Of a stretch of 64,000 nucleotides of DNA, positions 23,901-37,200 are shown in pieces. Position numbers and translations under genes: made by a program. The notes under the pieces were generated by a model. That model was given only the letters and a program-made list of their open reading frames with translations, had not been told where the DNA came from and did not search any database. Origin of the DNA: Leptogorgia sarmentosa (Eukaryota). The stretch spans positions 3,162,001 through 3,226,000 of the forward strand of contig OZ210885.1 of assembly GCA_964658305.1 (NCBI GenBank), given 5' to 3'. The stretch's first letter is position 1; every line of letters begins with the position of its first letter.

Positions 23901-26887
23901 AAATGCAAACTGCACAAATACTGACGGTTCATACAAATGTAAATGCTCTCAAGGTTACCGAGGAAATGGACAGAATTGTACAGGTAAATATCAGGACAAC
24001 TTTTGTTTTGTTGAAGGGCGCTTCAGATAAAATTTGGGCCCAGGGGAAAGTAAACATGGGGAATGTGAAGTGTGAAGTTTCGGTACAAACTTAATGCTGC
24101 CGGTCTACAAATGTTTTGGAATTGTACTACGCAATCATTTGCAGTATCTGTGGCATTGTGATAATTACATTGCCATCGTGTAGATAACGGATAGCAACAT
24201 CAACAACTAACAAAAGTTCTAGTCTGTACTACTTAAATGATATAAACAGATTTGACGTTCGAACAAAGGTCCACTGTCGGAAGTAATTACAGTCTGAAGG
24301 GGGGGGGGTACAGTCTAAAGGGAAGGGGGGGTGTTCAAGGTAAAGAATTTAATTACGTGCACGTTATCCACAATAGTTTTGCCAATGAGCCTTCAATAAG
24401 TATAAGTAACATCATAAGTAACATCAATGGTCACAAACGTTTATTTATCTTCTATCTTCTAGTATTTTTTACTGTTACTTCGTTCATTAAAATTTATTTC
24501 TCCTTTCTGGGGCCTTTTTTCCCCATTGAAGGCTCTGTTTAACAATTTAACTTCACACATTTTGTTTCACTTCGTCATTTGCTGCCAGAAATTTGTGAAA
24601 CAGAGAAAAATCAATTTGGACGTTACTATTATTTTTTAATTTTTCAGACATTGACGAATGTTCTGAAGGCAGCCATGGCTGTCACGCTGACGCAACCTGT
24701 GTCAACACTCCAGGATCATACAATTGCACATGTCCCAGTGGGGCATATATTGGCAGAAACAAATATTGCCAGAATCTCAAAGGTGATTTATTGTTTAGTG
24801 AGATTATTCAAGTTTCTTCGGTCAATGGTTATAAGCTAGAGTCTGGAGATGTGTTTCCATGTCTGGAAGGAACGCTAAATTTCTTTATCGTTAAATCATA
24901 GTTTAATAATAATAATGACAATAATATATTAAATTTATATTCCCTCAGTCGTGTCAGCGATATTGAAAAATGAACCAAACGAATTCGAGAATAAGTTGAG
25001 AGAATGGTTGCCAAGAACAGGAAATTGGAGAGTTTGTTGGCGAGCAACACGAGATCGTTGGGCTGCGAGTACATTCCATTCAAATTGTGATGGAAAATTA
25101 CCGACCTTAACTATTGTTCAAGTCAACAAAAACAGCAAAAAGTTTGTTTTCGGTGGTTATGCTACAGTATCATGGAAGCAGGGTATCTACCACAGCACCT
25201 GTAAGTTTGAAATGATTACAGTTATAAGAGTTATTATTTTAATCATGTATCAGGTTCTTCTCTTCGCTCCATCTTAACTGACTCTTACTTTCATTAATTG
25301 GATTTGTTACCTGCATGGTCCGGCAATGACTACAATTATTGTGATACAAACATTTGTTGATCAAATTGGACAAAAACACGATAAAAATCTGCAAACTTTT
25401 GACTCAGGCTTCAAGGTGGAAAATCTGAATGCGTAATCATGCGTTTTGACATTTTGTTTAAATCCTGGCGGTATATACTTAAATGCAGCCGTTGAACAAA
25501 GACCTCAACGGGTAGTACCCAATATTTCTCAATTGAGAACACGGGTAATGCCCACGCTGGACTATCGCCTAAGCTTGCTGGTCGGCGTTTCAGTATTACT
25601 CTTGATATAGTTATATAGTGTAAGATATAAACCATTTTTCTATATACTAAGAATTTCCTTAATCCCAACCCAAACCCTAGAATCCTAACCCTGACCATTG
25701 TGGTCATAAAAATATTGAGAAAAAAAAGTTTTCATCACCAACGCTGAAAAAATGTGTCGTACTGGGGTTTGAACTATAGAACTGCAACGCACGCACCGCG
25801 TGCCTTACCACTTGAGCTAAATCGAGCTCGCTGCTCAGCACTCTGGCCTGGATAAATGCATATGATTATAGACCCGGGCAATCACTGTTCATAACTTACC
25901 TGGCCAGGCTACTTAGACGATAGTCCAGCGTGGGCATTACCCATGTTCTCAATTGAGAAATATCGGGTACTACCCGTTGAGGTCTTTGTTTAACGGGTGA
26001 TAAATGATAGTGCCATGTAGAATAAAATAAATTGCCAGACTGCCATTATATACCACGATACCGTTCTGTCTTTTAAACATTATGTAGATGTCCAGTTAAA
26101 TTTTCAATATAATATGAACCACCAGACTTTTTAACTTTGGTTTACAGGGACTTTTCACAATTTCAATTTTATGCCTGAACGAGATAGCAGGGAGGGGCTT
26201 CGTATAAAAGGAGTGCCATCTGAAATGGGATTCGAGTAATTAAATACGCGTATAATTAGTAGGTGGTTTTCCACCAATGTGTTCATGTTTAGCCTACGTG
26301 GCACAATGTTAATTTAACTCTTTATACTGGACCGGTGTTAATTTAACAATTTATACACCAAATTTACTCATTATGGAGAGAAAATTAAATCTTCATTCAG
26401 GAGTTACGGTCGTTTTATTTCTCCCATCCACACTGGCACCGCCCGCTCGAAATTTTCGGGATTGCTTTGAAACTGATGATCTTTATCACGACAGAAATAC
26501 CCGATTACTAAGAGACAGAGCAGTAATCATATCTGACCCAGGATTGTTGTGTTTATTTTGACAGATGGTCATTATAAATCTGCTCCAGGATCATTTTTGT
26601 TTTCTCTGCGCAATAACGATGACCTTCCACCATTCAAGGCTCCGATGAAAAACAAGAATGACGGGAATGCAATTTACCGTGGCAGTGGATATGGACCAAC
26701 ATTTGGTGGTAGTCACGACTTGTACATTGCCAACGATGCGAAATCAAACACCAACTCCTACACGAGGTTTGGTCACACCTACCAAGCTCCATCTGGATAC
26801 ACTTACGGCCAAGCCAACACACGATCCCTCCTGGCAGGAAGCCATTCCTTCACTCCATCAGAAGTCGAAGTCTTGTATCTAAATTAA
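20983..26887 (+). CDS. Copy 3: PAN-cbEGF(x3)-TLDc paralog with exon-1 donor changed GT>GA (possible pseudogene)
   Basis: Exons 20983-21094, 22516-22739, 22846-22855, 23356-23478, 23861-23983, 24648-24782, 24949-25200, 26565-26887. Exon frames are open, but the donor at 21095-21096 reads GA (ttgg|gaaact versus ttgg|gtaact in copies 2, 4 and 6). Confidence 0.72.
25486..25999. mobile_element. Same 514-bp TIR element at the equivalent site in copy 3
   Basis: Near-identical to 14690-15203; right-hand TSD ATAAATG at 26000-26006. Confidence 0.9.
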
Positions 26888-27140
26888 AATCCTACTTAAA
26901 CAAAGCCATAAGGCAAATAATTTTAACGTAAAGCAGAATATACCGAAAATGATTTGAAAAGCCTCCTCCCATGTAAACTCCATGATTGTAAAACACACCT
27001 CAATCAATTTTAAAATTTAGGGAACATTATATGTTTAGGGAACATAAAATTTCCGTGCCTAAAAATCGACAAGTTTTAGCAATCTATAAAGACTTCTTCC
27101 TAAAATACATAACAGCCCTAGACGTTTATTGCGTCATTTA

Positions 27141-28015
27141 CAGTAATTTTTTATAGAAAAGTAGATAAAGTTTTGCTGTTGTAGCTATATCCAGACGCAT
27201 TATGATGATAGATAGAATGGAATTCGTCCATGAAATATTGTAGAAATGCCTCAACATAACCAAAGAAAGGCAATAATTAACAATAGACAAACACTCATAC
27301 ACTCGCCCAAATAGACAAACACTGTATTATTTAACATTGTATAATTATGGGTTAATTTGTTAAATAAAAATTTGGGAAAATCATAGTTGTTTAAATATGT
27401 ATCAAGAATTGTTTTACAATAATTGAACTGTACAACCAAACATGATCTACAAAAAAGTCCGTAAACTCGAAACCGAGGCTGAATCGCAAATGAACAAAAA
27501 GGACATCGTGCTGTAAGATGACATGTTTTTGAGGTATGTTTGATTTTTTTTTGCATTTAATTTTTTTATTTTTGTGCATGGAATTAGAATTCAATACGAA
27601 TTTTTTTAAGCCCCAGTAATTTTTTATAGAAAAGTAGATAAAGTTTTGCTGTTGTAGCTATATCCATCCACATTATGATGATAGATAGAATGGAATTCGT
27701 CCATGAAATATTGTAGAAATGCCTCAACATAACCAAAGAAAGGCAATAATTAACTAGACAAACACTCATACACTCGCCCAAATAGACAAACACTGTATTA
27801 TTTAACATTGTATAATTATGGGTTAATTTGTTAAATAAAAATTTGGGAAAATCATAGTTGTTTAAATATTTATCAAGAATTGTTTTACAATAATTGTAAA
27901 TCATCGTGCTGTAAGATGACATGTTTTTGAGGTATGTTTGATTTTTTAATTGCATTTAAATTTTTTATTTTTGTGCATGGAATTAGAATTCAATACGAGT
28001 TTTTTTAAGCCGCAG
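27141..28015 (+). repeat. Local tandem duplication (about 470-bp unit) in the 3' flank of copy 3
   Basis: cagtaattttttatagaaaagtag starts at 27141 and again at 27614. The second unit has a short internal deletion, and the junction has CAG microhomology. Confidence 0.85.
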
Positions 28016-31000
28016 GTTTGAATAGTGCTTTTTTATATCATTTGTATCGTGAACATTTTTTTAAAATATCAAGCGGGGTTCCATTTATTAATTAAATAAT
28101 TATTGCTCAATTTGAATGAATCCGAAAACCCACCAAAGATGCAATTAGTTTAAGAACCTTTTTACGGCATTTCTTCGAAAAATGTAACAGAATGTCGATC
28201 GTTTCTGCTCGAATAGACTAGCATGCATACATCGTTTTATCTATGTTTAGGTTTTGAAAACGAACCTCGGAAAAATTTCATTCTTGCAGGTATTCATTTC
28301 CTTGGTTTGGAACAACCCCGAAAAATTTGAACAAACTGAAATTATTAGTCATAATGCATCAGAATTCTAGGACTAGAAGACTGGCTTTTTCAGTCGAAAG
28401 ATATTCTTTAGCCTCGATCGGAAATGCTTTTTTTCATTATTCTCTCTATAAGAAACGGGCAGGGGTGGGGGGTCATATATTTGGCAAGTTTAAGAATTTG
28501 TTTTACATTTTCGACTCAGGAAACGTCGAAGGCGAGGCATAGTTCACTGCGAGACAACATTTTGGTTCATTGCGATACTTTAAGAGACACGTTGCCGCAT
28601 TCAGGGGCCCTACAAAAGGGGGAGGGGGGGGGATTCATCCAGCAGATCATACACAGTTATCCTGCGCATACAAATATGTCCAAACCTATTTCATGGGTAT
28701 GAGCTGGGAGATGTTATTAACGTTAACTTAGAAATAACAAATGTTGTACAGGTGCGACATAATATGATTCAGATAAAACAGTATAATGTTAGTATATAGT
28801 TCATCAAAGCAATATCTTCAGAGGTTTTTGGGATTGGGAATTCAATGGTGATTAGGATATGGCTAGGCGTACTCGATATTCGTCTTCACCCGCTATCTTA
28901 AATGGTTTTCAAGGAATTTAAGACATGTTTTGAATAAAACGCTCCCTGACCGCATTAACTGCTGGGCGCACTGATGGGGCGCAAGAATTATTGGGGCCCA
29001 AACATATTCGGTGATCAGTTACAAATTCATAAATTTCATTCTCCTGCGCACATTATCCGGGGGGGGGGGGGGGGGCTGGGAGTGTGGAGATCCTGCCGGC
29101 TGCCGTCTAACGTATTTGTCCTACTTGTGTCGCTTTCATTTTAATCATAATATCCTTGAATCGCAAGGGTTATAATTATAAGGTTTAATACGTTTACAGT
29201 AGGAAATTTAATAGATATCGGTCGCTGCATTTCCTTAGATCACGTACTTTCACCATTTTTAACAGAGGAACTATCAGGGGACGCAGAATATCAAAAATTA
29301 GGGGGGGTGGCAAATATTCATATGCTCGAAATATTTGAAATCATTTGTTTTCATTAATGTATGAATTCCAATGTATGAATATCCCGGCCCCAATTATCGA
29401 TTTTCCGCTGCCCGCGGCCGGGAACTGTTATAGAGCCAACTAAAATTTTCGCAAGTTATTGCTTCGCTGTACATAAAACAGGGATTTGCAAACTCTTTTC
29501 AATGAGTAAGAAGGAATTTAATTTGTTCCATTTATAAGCATGGTTCTCATTATTTTGATCCAGTTCTGCACGTATTTCTCAACAGACACCTTACTGGAAT
29601 ACATGAATATAAACATATAATTTTGGATTTCCTCATTATTGTCGTGTTTTGTCATTGTTGTCATATTTGAAATTATCTGTTTTCAATGTCTGTTAACACC
29701 AATGTATGAATCTCCTCCCCCATTAATCGATTTTCCGCTGCCCCCAGGAACTCTTATAGAGCCAACTATAATTTTTCGAAAATTATTGCTTCGCTGTACG
29801 TAAAACCGGGATTTGCAAACTCTTTTTAATGAGGAAGAAGGAATCATGATATTTATGGTGCAGGTTTAGCTTGCTATTCAAAATCATGAAAGAAAAAGCG
29901 GGGGGGGGGGGGGGGTTATCTGGTTTTCTGTATAATGTAGACTTTTCAGCCTAATAAGTAAGCGTAAGGCTTTTAAGTTAAAACGCTTGACTAAAACGCT
30001 TGACTGCCAAATTTGAACTTAACTTTTCAATTTTTTAAGAACTTTCCAGTTGAAGAAGTCAATTAACTTGTTGCTATGTTGAAAAATATTTGCAGAGGTA
30101 ATTAAGCATGCTTCGTCGTAAGCAATATAGCTGCACCTGCCACAATTAAGACGGTCGTAATAAACTCGAGTTACACGGTCAGTTGACAATTGCCAACGAA
30201 AAAAAATACGCTGGTTTTTAATCGACATGCATTTTGTTTTCGTGTCTGATCTCAAACTTTTTTTAATTTGTTCCATTTATAAGCATGGTTCTCATTATTT
30301 TGATCTAGTCCTGCATGTATTTCTCAACAGACACCTTACTGGAATAAATGAATATAAGCGTATAATTTTGGATTTCCTCATTGTCATTGTGTTTATATTA
30401 TAATGGGGCAAAAATTGCATGTTTTTATTATTTGAATAACAGTATGTGTGGGTTGAAACCGGCGTTTCTGTGCTGCGATGTTAGTAATTATTGAAAAGCC
30501 GCCTCTGTGTCTGACAAACATCGGCCTTCTATGACCTCTTAGCCTGGGACCTGCCGCGGGAATGGCTTTCGCACGAACTGTAAACATTTAAAAGTATTAT
30601 TGTGTTCATGGACGGAAATTTGGCAAGTTTTGTATTGCTGTTCAAAATTTCAGAACATTTGGTTCAGTTTAAGCCTTTCAGAACGTCACGCAAACTATTG
30701 TTTTTGGTCAGCTTTCTGCATATACCTAATTAGACGTGAATTTCATGTTTGTAATCACGTGACTTTTTGCCCAAATGACGAGCAATTGAGCAACTTGTGC
30801 ACAATTTTTCCCAGTATCTAAATTACTTGTAGCAAGATAAAATGACCTTAACACATTCTCTCCAAGACTTAAAATCTCTCTAAATCTTAAAATGTCTCCA
30901 ATGGATCGATTCTTGTCCTACTTGCCCGTCAACTGGAATTCCAAGTTTACGCCATTGCAAACAACCAATCAAGCATGCGAAAAGCTAATTATGCGAAAAA

Positions 31001-31210
31001 CGCGCGACGTCTTGAAAGTTGAAAGGCTTTTTGAAATTTCCACCGGTAATATACAATACTCGGTAAAGTTTTGTAAAAATGACCTTGTAAGCGTTTTGTG
31101 CGTTAGCCATTTCTTTTCTTTTCTGTTGGAAAAGACGCCCCCCCTAAATTTTTGAAAGTTTAAATTTAAATTTTTTTAATTAAAAGAGTATTAAAATCAT
31201 GAATTAAGAG

Positions 31211-31217
31211 TATAAAA
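31211..31217 (+). promoter_or_regulatory. TATA box of copy 4
   Basis: TATAAAA at the homologous position upstream of ATG 31297. Confidence 0.6.
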
Positions 31218-31296
31218 GTAGCCCAGCATAGTACGATTTTATTCAGACAAGAAAAACCTTGGGGAAACAACATTTGGAATTCATCAATTTTCAAGA

Positions 31297-34200
31297 ATGA
31301 ATTTTCTGGCATTGTTAATGGTAATGTTTCCGATGTCCATTGCACTGAAACCTGTTTCCAAAGACGGAAAGACATGTGCTTGGAGACATTTCAAGAACGC
31401 CAGCTTGGGTAACTATTTTTTATATCAATTTGGGTTACAATTTTCATGTACACTCCACTTCGAGTTGAGCTGGCGCGTCATATCTTAACAGCCAAATTGT
31501 ATTTGTATAGCATGCATGGGCATATCCTATTTCAGTTTAAACTCACTGTTATAATTTATCATGATATGCGTGAATATCCGTCTAGATCGTTATCCGTTAG
31601 TCATGCTTGCCTCTACAGGCACTGCAGTTGCATGGTGGAATCACATAAATTTTTGTTTTATGTGAAAGGCATATGATTTTTTTATCCATGCACCTGCGAT
31701 CGGTTGTACAAAGCGAGCTGAGGTCAGTAAGGTGCTGGCTCAATTGCTAGGGACCTAAGTTTTTCAATTCCATCATTCTCGCCAATGCCATATCTTGGCT
31801 GAAATTTAATTTTTTCACTTTTCATTGCTAATGATATATCTCCTGCATGAAAACCCAGCATGCAGTGGGCAAGAAACACGAATCTTAGATGTAGAATTTA
31901 AAAGAGCAATTTATAGGACTGATACAGCTTCACTCAGTATAAATTACCAGGGCCGCCCAGAGAAATTTGGCGTCCAGGGACAAAATTTCACTTTGGGCCC
32001 TGGAAATTCTATCTTGTAGTAGCACAAGTCGTTAAGTCACAATCATGCACTCTGAGAGGGTATTCGAGCTTATATATTTGTTATGTATTCCATTTTATTT
32101 TTCGTGGGGGGGGGGGCTTTGCCCCCTCTGGGCGGCCGTGTAACTTACTATTCGACACACTTCATCTGTTTCTTAAAAAAGAACGTTTTAAAACTGGATT
32201 ATATTTTAGAACAGTCCCCTCGATATTCGTATCTTTTATTTTCATATATAATTTATATTACATACATGCAGTACTTCGAGGGCAAGCAGACTTTGCATGC
32301 ATAGTCTGTAATTATAACTCGAGATAATTTCGGCGTCGGTTATACAAATGAACCTTAATAACATTTGATCTCTTGTCAGTCACACATTGTGAGTTTGGAT
32401 TTTATGCCATGGTATCTTCAGTTGAAGGAACATTTATGCGGGCAGTAATACTTGTTGCTTATTTTGAGGTTATATGTGCCATTAATGCATGGGCTTTGTG
32501 CAACTGGGCGCAGGTTATAACAGCAAGGGACAAGCCAATACACTAGGCTTTAATATAAGGCGTCATCCTCGGGTACATGGCTTGTGTGTATATAGGGCAT
32601 GCATCCTTTGTCTGTTCGTACCTATTTTAGCTTAAACTGCAGTTGATATATTTTCATACATTTAACAATTAAGTAACGAGGCCGCGTTATCTATTTATGA
32701 GTGTAGATAGTCAATTAGGGCGAAGTCCAAGTAAATGAGTGATAAAACCTAAGCATGCAAAAATTTCATTTGAAGCTAAAAAGACACTCTGAAAATGAGG
32801 CTATAAGGTATAATCTAGGAAACAAGAACACTCTTAAGCGCGCAAAATATTTTGATTTTAAAGGCTCGGTGATTTGAATAATGTATAGCTTGCAATGTAA
32901 ACAAAATTAATATGTGCTCATGCATGCAGCAATTTCGTGTATCTTAGCGTTATATTTTTCGCAAAAATCATTGATAATTATATGTCATTCAAATTTGGTC
33001 TCTTACAATTAGGGGGGTTGGCGTTGGGATTTTCGGTTTTTCGGATTTGGTCAATTTTTAGGTCGATTTTTCGAGTTTTGTGTCAAATAACTGCGGTTTT
33101 TCGGTTTCGGTAATTCTCACAGTTTACGGTTTTTAAAGGTTTTAGCAGTCGGTTTTCGGTTTTCAATTGAAATACTCATGGCCTTTCGGATTTGGTCTGG
33201 AATGTAATTTTCGGTTTCTATACCAGTCTGTTTACTTGGAAACTTCATAGAAAACTATTAATGATCTACAGAAAATTTCTGAAGAAACATTTCTAAATTT
33301 TAAAGCAAATTGTTGGAGAATTTGCTCCGAAATTAAAGTTAACCCAGGGTTAAACTAACCGGCTTTTGAACAAAATCGGCCCCTGATTGCAAACAGATAG
33401 GGGCGGCTAAGTCACATGGCATCGGTGCAATTGTATTGAAAATTGATTCAGGCTAAACATTTATATATATCTAAAGATCACAGAGAGGAGGCAAAGTACG
33501 AACGATTTATTAATTATTCTTATATCGGATCGCTTTGTTAGTTGCGTTACTATTTAACGTGTTGAACAATACTATGAACTGTTGCATATGACTTGCATTG
33601 GTTAATGTATGTTAGTTACCTTTAGTTTTTTGCTATTATTCCGAACTCGCACGACTGATGAACATTGAATATAGTTTGAAATAAAACATCTGTTATTACT
33701 ATCTCCGCGCTATTCAACTGAAATCAGCGAAGTTCGAAACTCCTGAAGCCTCTCGCGCTAAGTCAACCCCCCCCCCCCTGTAGGTCCAAGAATTGAAACT
33801 CAGGATCTGCAAAGGCCTAAACTCAAGATTGACGCTTCCAGCAAACCGCTAACCAAAAGGGGCAAACTTCAAATCGTATTTTAAAGTAAGTTCTTCGGCA
33901 GGAAAGTGGATTATTCACGCTTAAATTTTCATTTACAAACCACCCCAACTTCGGACAACGAACAGTTGATATCAATGTGCGAGAATTGAAGTTTGCCGTT
34001 TGGGGTTAACGCCAATCTAAAGTGCCTAATGTCAGTTTCACACTTTGTGTTTCTGTTCTTTGACAGGAAACCAAGCACTTCGTCCATCAAACTTGATCTC
34101 AAGTCACAACGTTGATCTTTTGGCAGAATGTCATCTTCATTGTGTAAATGCAAGCAATTGTTACGGTTATAACTTCAGAGTCAGACCTAGCAGTGTTTAT

Positions 34201-37200
34201 ACAGTTAACTGCCAGTTGAGTAACAGCTCCGTGAAAATGAACATGACAAAGATGAGAAATGGATCTTGGATTTTCTACGAGGATGTTTTGGTAAGAATAA
34301 ACATAATCCTGAATTGTGAGGGATTTGTACAGGGATAATTTCGGCATTACCAAATGATTCTATATTGGAGGAAAATTCTACGTCTATAAAACGGCCTCCG
34401 CGTTGAACTCGTCGCTGCACGATTTTCTTACCGTAAATTTTGTCACCCCATAGGTCACTAAAGGTAAGCAAAAATTATGAATTGATGCAGAGTCCTTCAA
34501 TACAGGTAAACGCATAAATAAATAATTCGATAAACTTATTTCATGAATTATTGAAAGCTAGACTGAGGATGCCACTTTTCGAGCAGAGGATCTTCTTGGG
34601 AGGGAGGATAGTTGTCAAGGCTAAGTTGAATTTTGTTGTATCGTTTAGACAGTGGACGGAATCTTGATGTAGGCTACTATAATCCTATTGTTCACTACCT
34701 ATGCTACATACATACCTAAAAATTGCTATTTATTATCATAAGACTTAGTGTTATATAGAATGCTTTGGTCTGAACAGCCTTTGTTTCTTTAGCTTTGTCC
34801 TTGGACTTGCATGTAACTTTTGACTGCCTAAGTTTGGCAAGGACCTATTAGTACAGTCGAATTGGAAAATTTTCACGATATTAATTTTGATTATTTCAGA
34901 CATTGATGAATGTGCTCAGGAAAGTCACACATGTCATTCCAATGCAACATGTATCAACACTCCAGGTTCTTACGACTGTCAGTGTAGAAGTGGATACACT
35001 GGAAATGGCCGCACTTGCACAGGTAAATACGTCGCCATTCTTTTCTTCCATATTCAACTTAATAGGGAATGTGGGACCTCTCAGGCGCGTTTTTTACCAT
35101 TCTTTTAATTATTTCAGACGTTGACGAATGCTCTCAGGATAGTCACACATGTCATTTCAATGCAACATGTATGAACACTCCAGGTTCTTACGACTGTCAG
35201 TGTAGAAGTGGATACACTGGAAATGGTCGCACTTGTGCAGGTACTTGATATTTGTGATAAAAATTGTAACTAGTAGCATTACTAATGGTGCATATAAGTA
35301 GGATGCGCTATTGCAACGTTTACATTTACTTTCAGACAATCAGACCACATCAACTTGAATTAGATTAATGAGCTCGTTCATTTTGTCATTATGTTACAGA
35401 TATTGACGAATGTCGGGACAATTCCACACATTGGGACTCGAATGCAATCTGTACAAATACTGACGGTTCATACAAATGTAAATGCAATCAAGGTTACCGA
35501 GGAAATGGACAGAATTGTACAGGTAAATATCGAAACTGTTGTTTTGTATAATGGTAGCAATCTACAGGCAGGGCGCTTCAGATAAAATTTGGGCCCAGGA
35601 GAAAGTAAACTTGGGGACTGCATGTGAAGTCAGAAGTGTGAAGTTTCGCGACACTGATTTGCTGCCGGTCTACAAACGCCTTGGAAATTAGACTAAACAA
35701 TCATTTGAGAACAGCGATTCTATTTTAAAACAACTTAGCTATATAAATTTCATTTAAATTGCCTTTTGCTAGCGCTTCCTCTGCCGCGTTACATTATTCA
35801 GACGAATTGTGAAGTGATGTACAGTATGTAACTTCTCAATTTATTCCCTAAAGCAGTAATAACGCGCGTTTAACAAAAAAAGAGCGGTTTCTTTTGGTAT
35901 CGTATGCTAATATATTATGAGCACTTTAATAGCTAGTGCTGTGCACTGACAAGTACATATAGTATTAAAGCAGGGACGTAAATATCAAAGATGGCTGGGG
36001 TGAGGTGTTCATGAAAATCAGACCGACCAATTGCTGATATGCGAATTTAGACCGACTACAGCTAAAACCAGTTAATACTACCAATACCTGTTTTTTACGA
36101 AAAATATATATACAATGTATTTTATAGTTGTGATGTAACGGTTTGTAGTTTGTAGCAACGGTTAAAGAGGTGTAGCCATCCAAAGATATTCGGTCGGTCT
36201 CATCAAGTACCTTTAATTGTTTATGATTTATTTTCAGACTAAGTCTAATCAATTTTGAGACCGACTATAACATTTTACTGGCGGGAGGAGGTATGTTTCA
36301 CCCCCCCCCCCCCTCCCTCACACCCCACCACCACAGTTACGCCCCAGAGCTCATATGCGCAGTCTTGCTACGGAACGAAGCCAATACGAGCATGCATGCG
36401 TCATTAGTATTGTGTACTTGTTTACATCTTAATATCATTATATGAATTGGAATATTATAATTTTTCTTGTTAATTCATTCATTCAAATTTACTTCTCCAT
36501 TCTGGAACTTTTTCCCATTTGAAGTATACGATATGTATTTCGGTGATCATGGCCGCGCAAATACGTTAATATTTTTATTCATGTATGAGAAACTGTTTGG
36601 ACATTAAGGAAATCTAACTTTCGTTAGCTTTTTAGACAGTCATTTATTTGCGATCTAGTTCCATAAGTTTTATTCAAACAGGTCATGAAATTAGTTGATC
36701 ACTGTATGCTCGCTTGTCAGCAATCCCTTTTTCTTCCATGGATGTTTCTTATAGTTATAATTATTCAGTTTTTAACGAATCTATGATTCTTGCAGCTAAT
36801 TATGGTGAAGCATCGAAGAGTACAATAAAGAGCAGAAATATAAAATAATTTAGACAAGATCTAGAAACAAAATAAATAACTTCGTAAGATTTTATTTAAT
36901 TTGTTTAACTTCGTCATTTGTTTCAAGAAATTTGTTAAACTGAAAAATTTATGACTTTCCTATTTTTAATTTTTCAGACATTGACGAATGTTCTGAAGGC
37001 AGCCATGGCTGTCACGCTGACGCAACCTGTAACAACACTCAAGGATCATACAATTGCACGTGTCCCAGTGGAAAATATTGCAAGAACATCAAAGGTGATT
37101 TATTTTGTAGTGAGATTAATATGTATTCAAGTTTCTTTGGTCAATTGTTAAGAGAGTGGAGATGTGTTTCCATGTGTGCAAGGAACGTTAAATTCCTTTA

